Assembly (NCBI GenBank): GCA_016933575.1
Contig: JAFGAR010000064.1
Coordinates: 96,001 to 160,000, forward strand
Direction: 5' to 3'
DNA from: Candidatus Thorarchaeota archaeon
GTDB taxonomy: Archaea > Asgardarchaeota > Thorarchaeia > Thorarchaeales > Thorarchaeaceae
DNA: 64,000 nt
In this document: positions 35,454 to 45,831 of the stretch, piece by piece
Position numbering within the stretch: the first letter of the stretch is position 1
Layout of the letters: the number at the start of each line of letters is the position of its first letter
The notes under the pieces: model-generated
The model's input: only the letters and a program-made list of their open reading frames with translations
Database searches by the model: none
Told to the model about the DNA's origin: nothing
Program-made: the position numbers and the translations under genes

Positions 35454-36458
35454 TTACATCTTCTTTCCAATTATTGCTGCAAGATCAGCCAAACGATGAC
35501 TGTATCCAGCTTCGTTATCATACCATCCATGTACCTTAGCCATTTTTCCTTGAGTCATTGTTAACAACGAGTCAAATGAACACGAATGAGGGTCATTGAT
35601 GAAATCCGATGATACTAGTGGTTCGTCAATATAGGCAAGATATGGTTTTAGACTTCCTTGACTGGCTGCTTGCTTGAAGGCATTATTAACTGCATCAGTA
35701 TCAACTTCCTTCTCTAGAATGACACTCATATCTACAAGTGATGCATCCATTACAGGCACTCTGAGAGCCATTCCATCCAATTTGCCTTTTGCTCTCGGAT
35801 AGACTAGTCCTATTGCCTTTGCAGCTCCTGTACTGGTTGGCACAATGTTCCAGCATGCTGCTCTAGCACGTCTGAGGTCGGAATGTGGTCCATCTAGCAT
35901 TACTTGGTCATTGGTGATTGCGTGGATTGTAGTCATGAAACCTTGAACGATGCCAAATGCTTCATCAATTACTTTCACCATAGGCGCTAGACAATTCGTT
36001 GTACATGATGCATTTGAGATGATGTGGTGCTTTGAAGGATCATACTCATCATCATTAACACCTGGGACTACAGTAAACATATCGCCCTTACCTGGGGCAC
36101 TGATAATTACTTTTTTAGCTCCTGCTTTCAGGTGTTTCTCTGCATCTTCCTTCTTCCGGAAGAAGCCTGTTGATTCAATTACAATATCAATGTCAAGTTC
36201 CTTCCAAGGAAGATTGGCAGGGTCTCTTTCTGAGAGAACCTTGATTTCATCTCCATTGACAGTGATACTGCCTTTTCCTGCTTCTACAGTCCCCTCAAAC
36301 CTACCCATGACTGTATCATATTTCATCAAATGAGCTAGTGTTGTTTCAGTAGTAAGATCATTTGCTGCAACAATATCAAATCCCTTTTTCTCGAGTGCTG
36401 CACGCAGAAATCCTCTACCTATCCTTCCAAATCCATTAATAGCAATCTTTACTGGCAT
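35454..36458 (-). CDS. gap: Type I (bacterial/eukaryotic class) glyceraldehyde-3-phosphate dehydrogenase
   Basis: KIAINGFGRIGR, ESTGFF, ISNASCTTNCLAP, STGAAKA, WYDNE; GGTGG SD before ATG 36458. Confidence 0.95.
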   Translation of the reverse strand: MPVKIAINGFGRIGRGFLRAALEKKGFDIVAANDLTTETTLAHLMKYDTVMGRFEGTVEAGKGSITVNGDEIKVLSERDPANLPWKELDIDIVIESTGFFRKKEDAEKHLKAGAKKVIISAPGKGDMFTVVPGVNDDEYDPSKHHIISNASCTTNCLAPMVKVIDEAFGIVQGFMTTIHAITNDQVMLDGPHSDLRRARAACWNIVPTSTGAAKAIGLVYPRAKGKLDGMALRVPVMDASLVDMSVILEKEVDTDAVNNAFKQAASQGSLKPYLAYIDEPLVSSDFINDPHSCSFDSLLTMTQGKMAKVHGWYDNEAGYSHRLADLAAIIGKKM

Positions 36459-36822
36459 GAAACTACCACCTCGAGGTGTTGTCTTCAAGCTCTGCTTCAT
36501 ATCGGTTTGCTATATATTTTATGTTCGTAGAACATTCAGTTGCTATTGATGTCCCTTCTTGTGATTAACCTGTCATATTGAGGTTTAGAAGAGGCATAGA
36601 TTGGAATGAGAAAAATTGCACCAAAAAAAAACTAAGTTGCAGAAGAACGCTGAATTGTATACAGATTTTAGTGACATCCAATCGCTTCTCTCTTGAGAAT
36701 CCTCTATTATCTTCCTCACATTCGAACCCCATGCCTCCAAATGACCTTTCCATCATAAAGAAACAAGTCCTAATGCTTATTACAAATGATTGCACACTAT
36801 TCTAGAACGGGAGGTTACCTGT

Positions 36823-36975
36823 TTGAGTGAACATATCGAACACATGTGTGAATTTGCAAAGCATAACGGTGTTGCCAAGATGAGAGAACGTGTCAAGGAT
36901 CCTACATTCATCTGCGAGGTCTGCGGCAGGGCTGCAAATAAAAAAGAATATCTCTGTAGACCTGTCAAACTATAG
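36823..36975 (+). CDS. Small Cys/His-rich protein (putative metal-binding, 50 aa)
   Basis: GGAGG SD before TTG; HMCE...DPTFICEVCGRAANKKEYLCRPVKL; downstream hairpin. Confidence 0.65.
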   Translation: MSEHIEHMCEFAKHNGVAKMRERVKDPTFICEVCGRAANKKEYLCRPVKL

Positions 36976-37002
36976 ATTTCGACATCTTAGGCAGTAATTC
37001 TT

Positions 37003-37038
37003 TTGGAGGATTGATGCGAGTCGTGCATCATCCTCCAA
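37003..37038. terminator. Hairpin between convergent genes
   Basis: TTGGAGGA-t-TGATGC...GCATCA-TCCTCCAA. Confidence 0.55.
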
Positions 37039-37049
37039 TGTTTATACTA

Positions 37050-38033
37050 CTAATTCCAGCATGCCACAAAGTGTCCGGGAGATACCTCGTGTAATTGTGG
37101 TTCTTCTTCTTTGCATTGAACTCCGAATTCTTGGCACCTTGGCTTGAACCTACAACCTGGGGGTAGATCAATAGGTGTTGGGGTTTCTCCTGGTAGCATT
37201 ATTCGGTCTCGTTCAATAGTAGGGTCTGGAATAGGGATATTTGAAACAAGTGCCTTTGTGTATGGATGCTGTGGAGACTGAATAACATCCTCCATTGGAC
37301 CCATTTCTGCAATTCTACCCAGATACATAATGATCAGGTAATCTCCAACGTATCGTGCTTGAGCCAAATCATGAGTAATGAAGATGTATGTCAGATTCTT
37401 CTCTTTCTGCAAATCGGTCATGAGATTCATGACTTCTGTTCTGATACTTGCATCCAACATAGAAACTGGTTCATCCGCAATGATTAGCTCCGGTTGAAGT
37501 ATAAGAGACCGCGCAATAGCAATCCTCTGTAGTTGCCCTCCGGATAGCTCGTGAGTGTATCGAGTCGCAAAATCTTCAGCAGGAATAAGTCTCACATCTT
37601 CAAGAGCGGATATGACCTTATCATGAAGTACCTCATCATTATCTTCGAGTTTATGGATAACAAGACCCTCACCAACTAGATCTACAACAGTGTGTCTTGG
37701 ATCCAACACCTCGAAAGGATTCTGGAAAATCAATTGCATTTGTAATCTTAATTCACTGAGTTCCAATCGATTCATTTCAAAGATATTATTACCATTGAAG
37801 TAAGCAGCACCTGAAGAAGGTTCAATTAGACGAAGGATAGTTCTGGCTAATGTAGTCTTGCCACAACCACTCTCTCCTGCTATCGCAATAGAACCTCCTC
37901 TAGGAACTTCAAAGCTCACATTATCAACAGCTTTGACATATCTTAATGGTTTTCCAATGGACATCAGACCACTTCTTACGGGAAACCATTTTCTAACTTC
38001 TTGAACACTAAGAATAGTATCTGCACTTGCCAT
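37050..38033 (-). CDS. dppF: Peptide ABC transporter ATP-binding protein DppF
   Basis: [35 protein letters not shown]. Confidence 0.92.
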   Translation of the reverse strand: MASADTILSVQEVRKWFPVRSGLMSIGKPLRYVKAVDNVSFEVPRGGSIAIAGESGCGKTTLARTILRLIEPSSGAAYFNGNNIFEMNRLELSELRLQMQLIFQNPFEVLDPRHTVVDLVGEGLVIHKLEDNDEVLHDKVISALEDVRLIPAEDFATRYTHELSGGQLQRIAIARSLILQPELIIADEPVSMLDASIRTEVMNLMTDLQKEKNLTYIFITHDLAQARYVGDYLIIMYLGRIAEMGPMEDVIQSPQHPYTKALVSNIPIPDPTIERDRIMLPGETPTPIDLPPGCRFKPRCQEFGVQCKEEEPQLHEVSPGHFVACWN

Positions 38034-39023
38034 TTACTCATCTCCTCCGAAATCAAGTTCGCCAGCAAAGTGGCATTTGGCAAAATGACCTTCTTCAATT
38101 TCCCTTAACTCAGGAATCTCCGTTTTGCAAATACTCTGCGCAAATGGACATCTTGGATGAAATCTACATCCTGATGGAAGATTCAGAAGATTGGGTGGAG
38201 ATCCAGGGATGAACTGCAACCGCTTCTTTGGTCCTACTACACTCGGAAATGCTCCAATCAGTTTGTAGGAGTAGGGATGCAGACTACGTTTGAATACCGC
38301 TTCGACATCACCCACTTCAACAAGGTTGCCTGCATACATTATACCGACATCATGGCAATTCTCTGCCACAACAGAGAGATCATGAGTGATAAAGAGAACA
38401 GCAAGATTGTACTTTTCTTGAAGTTTTCTAAGAAGATCAAGTATCTTATTCTGAACAATGACATCCAAAGCTGTTACAGGCTCGTCTGCAATGATTAGGT
38501 GTGGGTCACATGCAAGTGCTTGCGCGATGATTGCCCTCTGCAGCATCCCTCCACTGAATTCATGAGGATAATCTCGTTGTCTCTCTGGTTTCAATCCAAC
38601 TTCATCAAAGAGATCGTTCACAATCATTCTAGCAGCATCTTCAGTGACCTCATCCTTTTCCCGAATGACTTCAACAATCTGATTCCCAATCCTGAGAACA
38701 GGATTGAATGCATTCATGGCATACTGGAAGACGATGGAAGCTTTCTTCCATCTTATCTGTCGCATCTCTTCATCACTGAGCGTTGTTAGTTCAACACCAT
38801 CCAGTTTTATGCAACCTCGCGCTATCTTTCCATTTTCAGCAAGAATCCTTAGGATACTATAAGCTGTGGTCGTCTTACCACATCCTGATTCACCTGCGAG
38901 ACCTAGAGTTCTTTTTTCATGAATATCGAAGCTCACTCCATCAACGGCCTTAAGTTCCCTTTGACCTAGATAATAGTAACTTGCAAGGTCTCGGACCTGC
39001 AGAATTGGTTCATCCGTTGCCAA
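38034..39023 (-). CDS. dppD: Peptide ABC transporter ATP-binding protein DppD
   Basis: [36 protein letters not shown]. Confidence 0.92.
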   Translation of the reverse strand: MATDEPILQVRDLASYYYLGQRELKAVDGVSFDIHEKRTLGLAGESGCGKTTTAYSILRILAENGKIARGCIKLDGVELTTLSDEEMRQIRWKKASIVFQYAMNAFNPVLRIGNQIVEVIREKDEVTEDAARMIVNDLFDEVGLKPERQRDYPHEFSGGMLQRAIIAQALACDPHLIIADEPVTALDVIVQNKILDLLRKLQEKYNLAVLFITHDLSVVAENCHDVGIMYAGNLVEVGDVEAVFKRSLHPYSYKLIGAFPSVVGPKKRLQFIPGSPPNLLNLPSGCRFHPRCPFAQSICKTEIPELREIEEGHFAKCHFAGELDFGGDE

Positions 39024-40511
39024 TTATTGTCGCCTCCCACGTAATCTTGGATTAACTACCTTGTCTGCAGTGTGACTTATGAAGACAAAACCCAATGTTG
39101 TCAGCATTATAAGAAGTCCTGGTGGAATGAACCACCACCATCTGTTTGATAGTAGAGCTGCATTCTTCCAGGCCCAGTGTAGAAGAATTCCCCAACTTGG
39201 TTGACCATGGATGTCAACAAATCCAAGGAATGCAATACCCGCCTCACTGAGAATTGCATTAACGACTCCAAGAATCATGTTAGCCAATATGAGAGGTAGA
39301 GTATTTGGCATAATGTGATGGAACAGAATGTAGCTATCTGATGCTCCAAGCGCGTGGGCAGCCTCCGTAAGAGGACGTTCTCGAAGTGATAACGCTTCAC
39401 TTCTGACCATCCTCGCGGTGCCCGTCCAACCTAATATTGCGATAACTACAATGACATTCTGCAATCCCTGCCCAAAGAGTAGTAAGAATATCAACATCAG
39501 GGGTAATGTTGGTAGACAAAGGAAAACATCTGTGATTCTCATTAAGACCGAGTCTAGGATTCCTCCATAGTATCCTGAAATGAGACCCACCGCTGTACCC
39601 AAGAATACAGACACAACGCTTGCTGTAAAACCGACAATGAGTGATATCTGCGATCCATATAACATTCTACTATAGATGTCTTCTCCTCTATGGTTTGTAC
39701 CAAGAATGTGTTCTGGGCTTGGGGGTTGCAGGAGTTGGTCAAGTTCTAATGAACCAGCACCCCAATGGTATGGCGCTATGAATGGGGCAAGTAGGGCAAT
39801 TGTAACAATAGTGCCAATAATGATAAGCCCAAACATTCCCATTTTGTGGTGTAAGAATTCTCTCCAGAATGATTCAATGTTGGGTCTCAAATTCCATGTG
39901 CCGTGGATTGCAATAGGTAGGAGGATATACATTGGAACTATGAATGCTATTGCAACCAACCCATACCAACCAAATGTGAAAGTGACAAATGGACTGAGAA
40001 GAATATCTGGTAGTGCAATCCATTCAGCTACTGCCCAGCCACCAAGAATTATAATTGCTCCATATCGATAAATCTTGAGTTCAATTTGGGACCAGTTTGC
40101 TGTAAGTTTTGGAGTCCAAAGAAAAGCACCAAAAGCCAAGAAAAGTCCCCAAACAATACCAAGATAGAATGATACTGCTAGGCAAATTGTCGCGATGAAG
40201 ATCTTTTTCCAATATTCACCAACTCTATGTGCGTAGAGCTTTTTGCCTAACACTCCAAGAAGCAGTGTTACTCCAAAGACACTAAGACCACCTATTCTTA
40301 CGTAGATTGAGAATTGATTTGAAAACACCTCTCCCAATGATGATGCGATTGCTAGAGATACACCTCCCACAAACATATCTACTAAAACTATGAGGGTGAT
40401 GGATATCATTGCAAACGCCCCTAGGGATACAATTTGGACGTGCAGTGGTTTTCTTGGTTTATCCATTACAATTGTTTCTGTGACTCCTATTTGTTCATTG
40501 TTAGTTGCCAT
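39024..40511 (-). CDS. dppC: Peptide ABC transporter permease DppC with extra N-terminal TM domain
   Basis: HILGTN..GED, TEAAHALGA, HIMPN, AFLG, NPRLR; ~210-aa hydrophobic extension. Confidence 0.9.
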   Translation of the reverse strand: MATNNEQIGVTETIVMDKPRKPLHVQIVSLGAFAMISITLIVLVDMFVGGVSLAIASSLGEVFSNQFSIYVRIGGLSVFGVTLLLGVLGKKLYAHRVGEYWKKIFIATICLAVSFYLGIVWGLFLAFGAFLWTPKLTANWSQIELKIYRYGAIIILGGWAVAEWIALPDILLSPFVTFTFGWYGLVAIAFIVPMYILLPIAIHGTWNLRPNIESFWREFLHHKMGMFGLIIIGTIVTIALLAPFIAPYHWGAGSLELDQLLQPPSPEHILGTNHRGEDIYSRMLYGSQISLIVGFTASVVSVFLGTAVGLISGYYGGILDSVLMRITDVFLCLPTLPLMLIFLLLFGQGLQNVIVVIAILGWTGTARMVRSEALSLRERPLTEAAHALGASDSYILFHHIMPNTLPLILANMILGVVNAILSEAGIAFLGFVDIHGQPSWGILLHWAWKNAALLSNRWWWFIPPGLLIMLTTLGFVFISHTADKVVNPRLRGRRQ

Positions 40512-40523
40512 TCTATCACCTCC

Positions 40524-41516
40524 TCAATATCTAATTCTCGGATCAAGGTACAGGTAGAGAATGTCCGCAACAAAGTTAGCTATTACTGTGATAGTTGCTA
40601 GGAATAAGAACACTCCCTGTAATACTGGATAATCTACTGATAAAACTGCATTATATGTTAGAAGGCCTAAACCACTCCAACTGAATACATATTCTGTCAT
40701 CATTGCTCCGCTAATCAAGTAGGGTATATTGACTGCAATGACGCTGACCATTGGAAGCATTGCATTTCTCATTGCATGACCATAGAGTATTGTACGTTCC
40801 TTCAGACCCTTTGCTTTTGCAGCAAGAATATAATCTTGAGTAAAAATGTCGAGAACTGTATCTCTCATGATAAGGTAGAATCCTCCAATGAACGAGAGTG
40901 TCAATACAATTAATGGTCCAGTCATGTGATGTAGATAGTCAAACATGTATTCGAAGATGTTTGCATGATCATATCCTCTTGTCACAGTACCAGCAAGAGG
41001 TAGAATATTCCATTGAAATCCGAAATAATATAGTATTAAAATGCCAATCCAGAAGACTGGTAAAGCGTATGCGACTAGAAATGTGACAGTGGAGCCTGTA
41101 TCTACAAGAGAGTCTCGCCTTGCTGCCGCAATCACACCAACAATCATACCAATGAAGATTGATATGAGTAATGATGTTCCCATTAATAGAAATGTGTTCA
41201 TGAACCTGAATTCGAATATGGTTTCGGTCACTGGTTCACCAAAGTGTTGGAATGAAAATCCTAAGTTTCCTTGAAAGAGATTGACTAGATATAGCCAGTA
41301 TTGCTCAAGTAATGGTCTATCTAAACCGAACCTCTCGATGACAGCAACCCTCAGTTCTGGAGATAATCCCTCTCCTAATAATGCTTGACGAGGGTCTCCA
41401 GGCATAACTCTGAAAATTATGAAATTGACTGTGATGATAATAAACCAAATGAGAACTGTCTGCAGTGCTCTCTGGCCAATGTATTTCCATGTACCAATGG
41501 ATTTGTCTCTAGACAT
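40524..41516 (-). CDS. dppB: Peptide ABC transporter permease DppB
   Basis: MPGDP, FGLDRPLLEQY, QDYILAAKAKGL, EYVFSWSGLG, DPRIRY. Confidence 0.93.
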   Translation of the reverse strand: MSRDKSIGTWKYIGQRALQTVLIWFIIITVNFIIFRVMPGDPRQALLGEGLSPELRVAVIERFGLDRPLLEQYWLYLVNLFQGNLGFSFQHFGEPVTETIFEFRFMNTFLLMGTSLLISIFIGMIVGVIAAARRDSLVDTGSTVTFLVAYALPVFWIGILILYYFGFQWNILPLAGTVTRGYDHANIFEYMFDYLHHMTGPLIVLTLSFIGGFYLIMRDTVLDIFTQDYILAAKAKGLKERTILYGHAMRNAMLPMVSVIAVNIPYLISGAMMTEYVFSWSGLGLLTYNAVLSVDYPVLQGVFLFLATITVIANFVADILYLYLDPRIRY

Positions 41517-41642
41517 ATTCTACTCTCCAATACTGCAAATAGTAGGATGAATCTATACAATTCCCCCTTAAAGAATATCGGACAAAGTAAGAATGAATTC
41601 CTGTCTGCTTTATTCTGAGTCAACACACAGAAACCCTGCAAC

Positions 41643-41677
41643 AAAAAAGAAAAAGAGAAGGGACCAACTGGTCCCTT
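41643..41677 (-). terminator. Intra-operon hairpin + U-tract after dppA
   Basis: AAGGGACCA/TGGTCCCTT inverted repeat with an A-run on the + strand. Confidence 0.6.
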
Positions 41678-41691
41678 TAAAATCTAAACTA

Positions 41692-43440
41692 CTACCTGCG
41701 CTTCACAACAACGTAGATTATGATGACAGCAACAATGAGGACTCCTGCTCCAATACCAAGGAGTAGGGTTAGGTCCCCAGAACCTGGGACGATACCAGTA
41801 CCATCATCGTACATGAAGACCATTGTTCGTGGGTTGTAAGCTGTGAATGGACCACCAGGTGGAGAAGTCCAGTTTACCCATTCCTTCCTCAAAGCATGAG
41901 TGTCATCAGAGAGGTATAATGGGACATATGGTACATTCTCAAGAACTGCAACTTGAGCATCTTTGGCCTTATCCGCTAGTTGTGCTGGTGTTGCTGCAAG
42001 AAAGTCATCCATGATGTCATCTACAGTTGAATTGTCCAAGTGGAAGACGTTAGAGCCCCACTCAAAGATATTGGATGAGTGGCATCTCCACCAGAGAAAA
42101 TCAGGAATTGGAGTGTAACCATGAGCCATGGTGTACATCTCATACTCTCCAGTGTAGATTGCGTCATACATTGGACCATCATCTGTAACAACATTGGTGA
42201 GAGTGATATTCAGCTGTGCAACCTGAGATACTAATCCGTCACCAGTTGCGACTGAGATGTCATCCCAAGACAGAGTCAGGAGATCAAACTCAAGTTCTGC
42301 AGTTGGCGCAGTACCCGGGAAGTTTCTGTTCCCATCGCCATCATTGTCAAGATAACCTGCATCATCAAGAATCTGATTAGCTAAAGCAATATTCTCTGGC
42401 CAGACACCATCTTCATCATATAGATCTGGGTAGAAGACTTCAGGAATAGCGCTAGTCGTCTTTGTACCATAACCAAGTCTACCCACATTGATTAATTGAG
42501 TACGGTTGACAGCATATGCAAGAGCTCTTCTGACTACAGTGTCATTAAGACCGTTGACAGTCATGTTGAATCCCCAGACATAGTCCCATTGGGAGGCAAC
42601 CCCGGTGACTAGTTGTAGTTCTGGAGCATTTAGAATCTCTTGGACATAAGCACCAAAAACTTCGTAGCGTTCGGTATCAGCAGCACCATTTCTCATTGCG
42701 AGAATTCTGGCATCCTGACCAAGAACTACATCAATTCGTACTCGATCGATATTAGGTAGTTGACCCGCATTTGGATTATCAGGTCCCCACCAGTCATCGA
42801 AGCGCTCTAGTTCTGTGTACTCATCTGGTACTCGCTCAACATACTTGAATGGACCAGAACCAACGTGAGCAGTCACGTTGTCTTCATCATCCCAGCGAGA
42901 ATCGTCCGCAGGAATTCCTTCCCAGATGTGCTGAGGTAGAATGTAGATTTCACCTAGATTGTGAAGTGCAAATGAGAACAATTGATTGAACTCACACACA
43001 ACAACGTTACCGTATGCAGTAGCTGAAGTCATGTTCTGGAGCATTGTCCACCAATTGACATCTTCTGGTGCATCACGGATGTACTCGAATGTAAAAGCAA
43101 CATCCTCTGCTGTCAAATTCTCACCATCGTGCCATTTTGCACTTTCTCTAATGGTGAAGTTGACCTGCAATCCACTTGTTGAAACCACATAGCTCTCAGC
43201 AAGCCACGGGATTATTTCCATATCGTCATCATAGGAGAGTAATGTATCATACACCAACATGTCATACCAGTGAGACCTTTCACTGCGCCAGAATAATGGA
43301 TTCAATTCTCCAATGTCTGAGCCATAGGCCATGACAAATAGCATCTCATCAGCTTGTGCTGTTACTGATGGAGCTGCCATTGCTGGGAAGAACAAGAACA
43401 TCGCCATGATAACGTAACATATTTTACGTTTTGATAGCAT
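41692..43440 (-). CDS. dppA: Peptide ABC transporter substrate-binding protein, signal peptide + C-terminal TM anchor
   Basis: VYDTLL, PWLAES, KWHDGENLTAEDVAFT, GSGPF, VRRALAYAVNR; C-terminal LLLGIGAGVLIVAVIIIYVVVKRR. Confidence 0.92.
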   Translation of the reverse strand: MLSKRKICYVIMAMFLFFPAMAAPSVTAQADEMLFVMAYGSDIGELNPLFWRSERSHWYDMLVYDTLLSYDDDMEIIPWLAESYVVSTSGLQVNFTIRESAKWHDGENLTAEDVAFTFEYIRDAPEDVNWWTMLQNMTSATAYGNVVVCEFNQLFSFALHNLGEIYILPQHIWEGIPADDSRWDDEDNVTAHVGSGPFKYVERVPDEYTELERFDDWWGPDNPNAGQLPNIDRVRIDVVLGQDARILAMRNGAADTERYEVFGAYVQEILNAPELQLVTGVASQWDYVWGFNMTVNGLNDTVVRRALAYAVNRTQLINVGRLGYGTKTTSAIPEVFYPDLYDEDGVWPENIALANQILDDAGYLDNDGDGNRNFPGTAPTAELEFDLLTLSWDDISVATGDGLVSQVAQLNITLTNVVTDDGPMYDAIYTGEYEMYTMAHGYTPIPDFLWWRCHSSNIFEWGSNVFHLDNSTVDDIMDDFLAATPAQLADKAKDAQVAVLENVPYVPLYLSDDTHALRKEWVNWTSPPGGPFTAYNPRTMVFMYDDGTGIVPGSGDLTLLLGIGAGVLIVAVIIIYVVVKRR

Positions 43441-43552
43441 TCTCTATCCTCCATATAGGAAAGAGGTTTCCTACTTTCCAATTTCGATTATTATGGTATT
43501 AGTGCTTTAAGGGTTTCGAACTACGCGGAAAGAATTTCTTCAAAATAGTTGT

Positions 43553-44347
43553 TTACGTCATTTTTAACAAAACATTACGACATTCGGCGTATAACTCACA
43601 TAACCTCGAAAGCGCATGACCAGCTTTCAATGCTTCATTCATTGTCTTTGCTCCAGGGGTTTCGTAGATGACCAGACGTCTTGAACCATCATTTTTGAGA
43701 TATTCAGCTATGACAGTTTCAGCATAGATCCTCTCTCCAACTTTCGCAGATGTGATAATATCCTTTGGAGAGCAATTGGTTACAAGGGAAGTGGCTAAGA
43801 CATATGCATGAGACTCCATTCGTTCATCAATGAGTTTTTGTTCACGTCGAAGCCCTCCAGGGGATCTCGGAACAATAACAGCAATAGCTGATAGGGGATC
43901 TGCCTGCATTCTTTTTAGTTTCGGTCCCATCTCATCATCTTCTGTTTGAGCATACCATCTCTGTTCCAGAATATCATCAACTATGCTCTGCATCATGTCA
44001 ACATCTGTATATACTGCCTCGAATTCAACGCCTTCGATATCAGCTGATTCTAATGTAGCGTATTTTGGTCTCCAGAGTAACAATCTGTGATTTTGGTCTT
44101 GTACCTTGCCTATCAGTTCTTCATCGATAAGAGATGACACCTGTGATTGTATGTTTATCCTCGCATCCGTGATATCCAAATTGACTCTTCTGAATGGTCG
44201 ATACAATATCTGATATCTTTCCAAGACCTCGATGGGTTTCTTTTTACCAAATCCAATTGTTCTAGCATTCTTCGTGAGGTTTGCTTCTAGATTTGCCTTG
44301 TCCAGCCAATCTGCCTTCAATCCTTTTGCGAGGTCGTTTTCTTTCAA
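43553..44347 (-). CDS. Hypothetical protein
   Basis: 264-aa ORF with GTGA SD-like site; no recognised motif. Confidence 0.7.
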   Translation of the reverse strand: MKENDLAKGLKADWLDKANLEANLTKNARTIGFGKKKPIEVLERYQILYRPFRRVNLDITDARINIQSQVSSLIDEELIGKVQDQNHRLLLWRPKYATLESADIEGVEFEAVYTDVDMMQSIVDDILEQRWYAQTEDDEMGPKLKRMQADPLSAIAVIVPRSPGGLRREQKLIDERMESHAYVLATSLVTNCSPKDIITSAKVGERIYAETVIAEYLKNDGSRRLVIYETPGAKTMNEALKAGHALSRLCELYAECRNVLLKMT

Positions 44348-44456
44348 TGTTCTATCACTATAGGCAATAATGTATTCTACATAAGATGTTTGCTAACTGA
44401 GAGTCGCATCGCTGAAATGAGAGGATATATCACAGAGAAATACTGCTGAATTTCAG

Positions 44457-45806
44457 GTGCTATGGATGTTTGAAGCTGTCGCCCAATTCATTGATGACAA
44501 TGTGAACCATTCCATTGAGGCTCTCAAAAAACTTGTTAGAATCCCTACAGTTGCAGCTAAAGGAGAAGGTCTCAATGAGACAGCTGAGTTAGTCGAGAAG
44601 ATGCTTCAGGATGCAGGTCTACAGACCAAGATACATCAGACTACTGGTGCTCCTGTTGTGACGGGATGGTTGAATGTTAGCGCAAAGCGGACACTTCTAT
44701 TCTATGACCATTATGACGTTCAACCTGCTGAGCCTCTTGAATTATGGGATTCTCCACCATTTGAACCCGAAATTCGTGAAGGCCGTTTATGGGGACGTGG
44801 GGTGGCTGATAACAAAGGTGATGCCACATCACGAATTTGGGCTATTAAAGCCTTCAAAGAGACCTCTACTAAATTACCAGTGAATATCAAATTCGTCATT
44901 GAAGGAGAAGAGGAGATAGGAAGCCTTCACTTACCAGAATATACGGAGAAGAACACGGATTTCATTACTGCTGATGGTGGAATATGGGAATTCGGTGGGG
45001 CTGGGGTAGATGGAGTGCAAGAGGCTTGGCTCGGTCTCAAAGGCATCTTCTTTGTTGAACTGGAAGTAGAGCGCCTCTCAAGGAATGTGCACTCAAGTCT
45101 TGCATGTACACTTCCATCCGCTGCTTATAGATTGGTTTGGGCTCTCAACACCTTCCGTGATGAGAATAGCAGAATACTGATCGATGGTTTCTATGATAAC
45201 ATGCAGCCCCTCACACAGGCTGAATTAGAGGCGATTGAGAAGGTGGATCTCCATGAGGAAGAATTCAAAGATATCTACCAAATCGATGAGTATCTCAACG
45301 GACTGAGTGGAATGGAGTTGAAGAAAGCCTATTATGGAAATCCCACTTGCAACATCTGCGGAATCACCAGTGGCTATCAAGGTAAGGGTTCTATGACAGT
45401 TCTCCCTTCTAAGGCATCAGTAAAGATTGATTTTCGCTTAGTTGAAGGGATGCATCCTGATGATATACACAAGAAGCTACGTAAACATCTCGATGACCAT
45501 GGTTTTACTGATGTACGGGTCACTTATTTTGAAGGATATCCTGCCGCAAAGACACCTATCGATCATCCCTTCGTAAAAGTGGTTGAGGCTGCAAATAGAC
45601 GTGTGTTTGGCGATCTTATCATTCATCCGACCAGCCCGGGTTCTGGTCCTCTCTATTTATTCAACAAGCACGTTCCAATGGTTTCCGTTGGTTGCAGTGA
45701 CCACCTTGGAAAGGCACACTCACCAAATGAGAGTATCTCTGTAGAGAATTATAGAAAGGCAATGCATAGAATTGTAGCCATAATTGATGAGATGAGCCGC
45801 TGGTGA
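44457..45806 (+). CDS. M20/M25/M40 family metallopeptidase (ArgE/DapE/dipeptidase-like)
   Basis: YDHYDVQP, GRGVADNKG, EGEEEIGS, VHS, AHSPNE. Confidence 0.92.
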   Translation: MLWMFEAVAQFIDDNVNHSIEALKKLVRIPTVAAKGEGLNETAELVEKMLQDAGLQTKIHQTTGAPVVTGWLNVSAKRTLLFYDHYDVQPAEPLELWDSPPFEPEIREGRLWGRGVADNKGDATSRIWAIKAFKETSTKLPVNIKFVIEGEEEIGSLHLPEYTEKNTDFITADGGIWEFGGAGVDGVQEAWLGLKGIFFVELEVERLSRNVHSSLACTLPSAAYRLVWALNTFRDENSRILIDGFYDNMQPLTQAELEAIEKVDLHEEEFKDIYQIDEYLNGLSGMELKKAYYGNPTCNICGITSGYQGKGSMTVLPSKASVKIDFRLVEGMHPDDIHKKLRKHLDDHGFTDVRVTYFEGYPAAKTPIDHPFVKVVEAANRRVFGDLIIHPTSPGSGPLYLFNKHVPMVSVGCSDHLGKAHSPNESISVENYRKAMHRIVAIIDEMSRW

Positions 45807-45831
45807 TTCAGCAGCTCATTTTTCTAAATTA

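Noticed and set aside
36715-36735. tRNA T-loop-like GGTTCGAA on the minus strand (also near 50320-50331)
   Set aside because: No T-stem pairing or cloverleaf; the second site is inside a CDS.
36565-36805. Overlapping 75-76-aa ORFs in the gap upstream region
   Set aside because: No recognisable motif and low-complexity A/T runs; probably spurious, although a decayed gene cannot be excluded.
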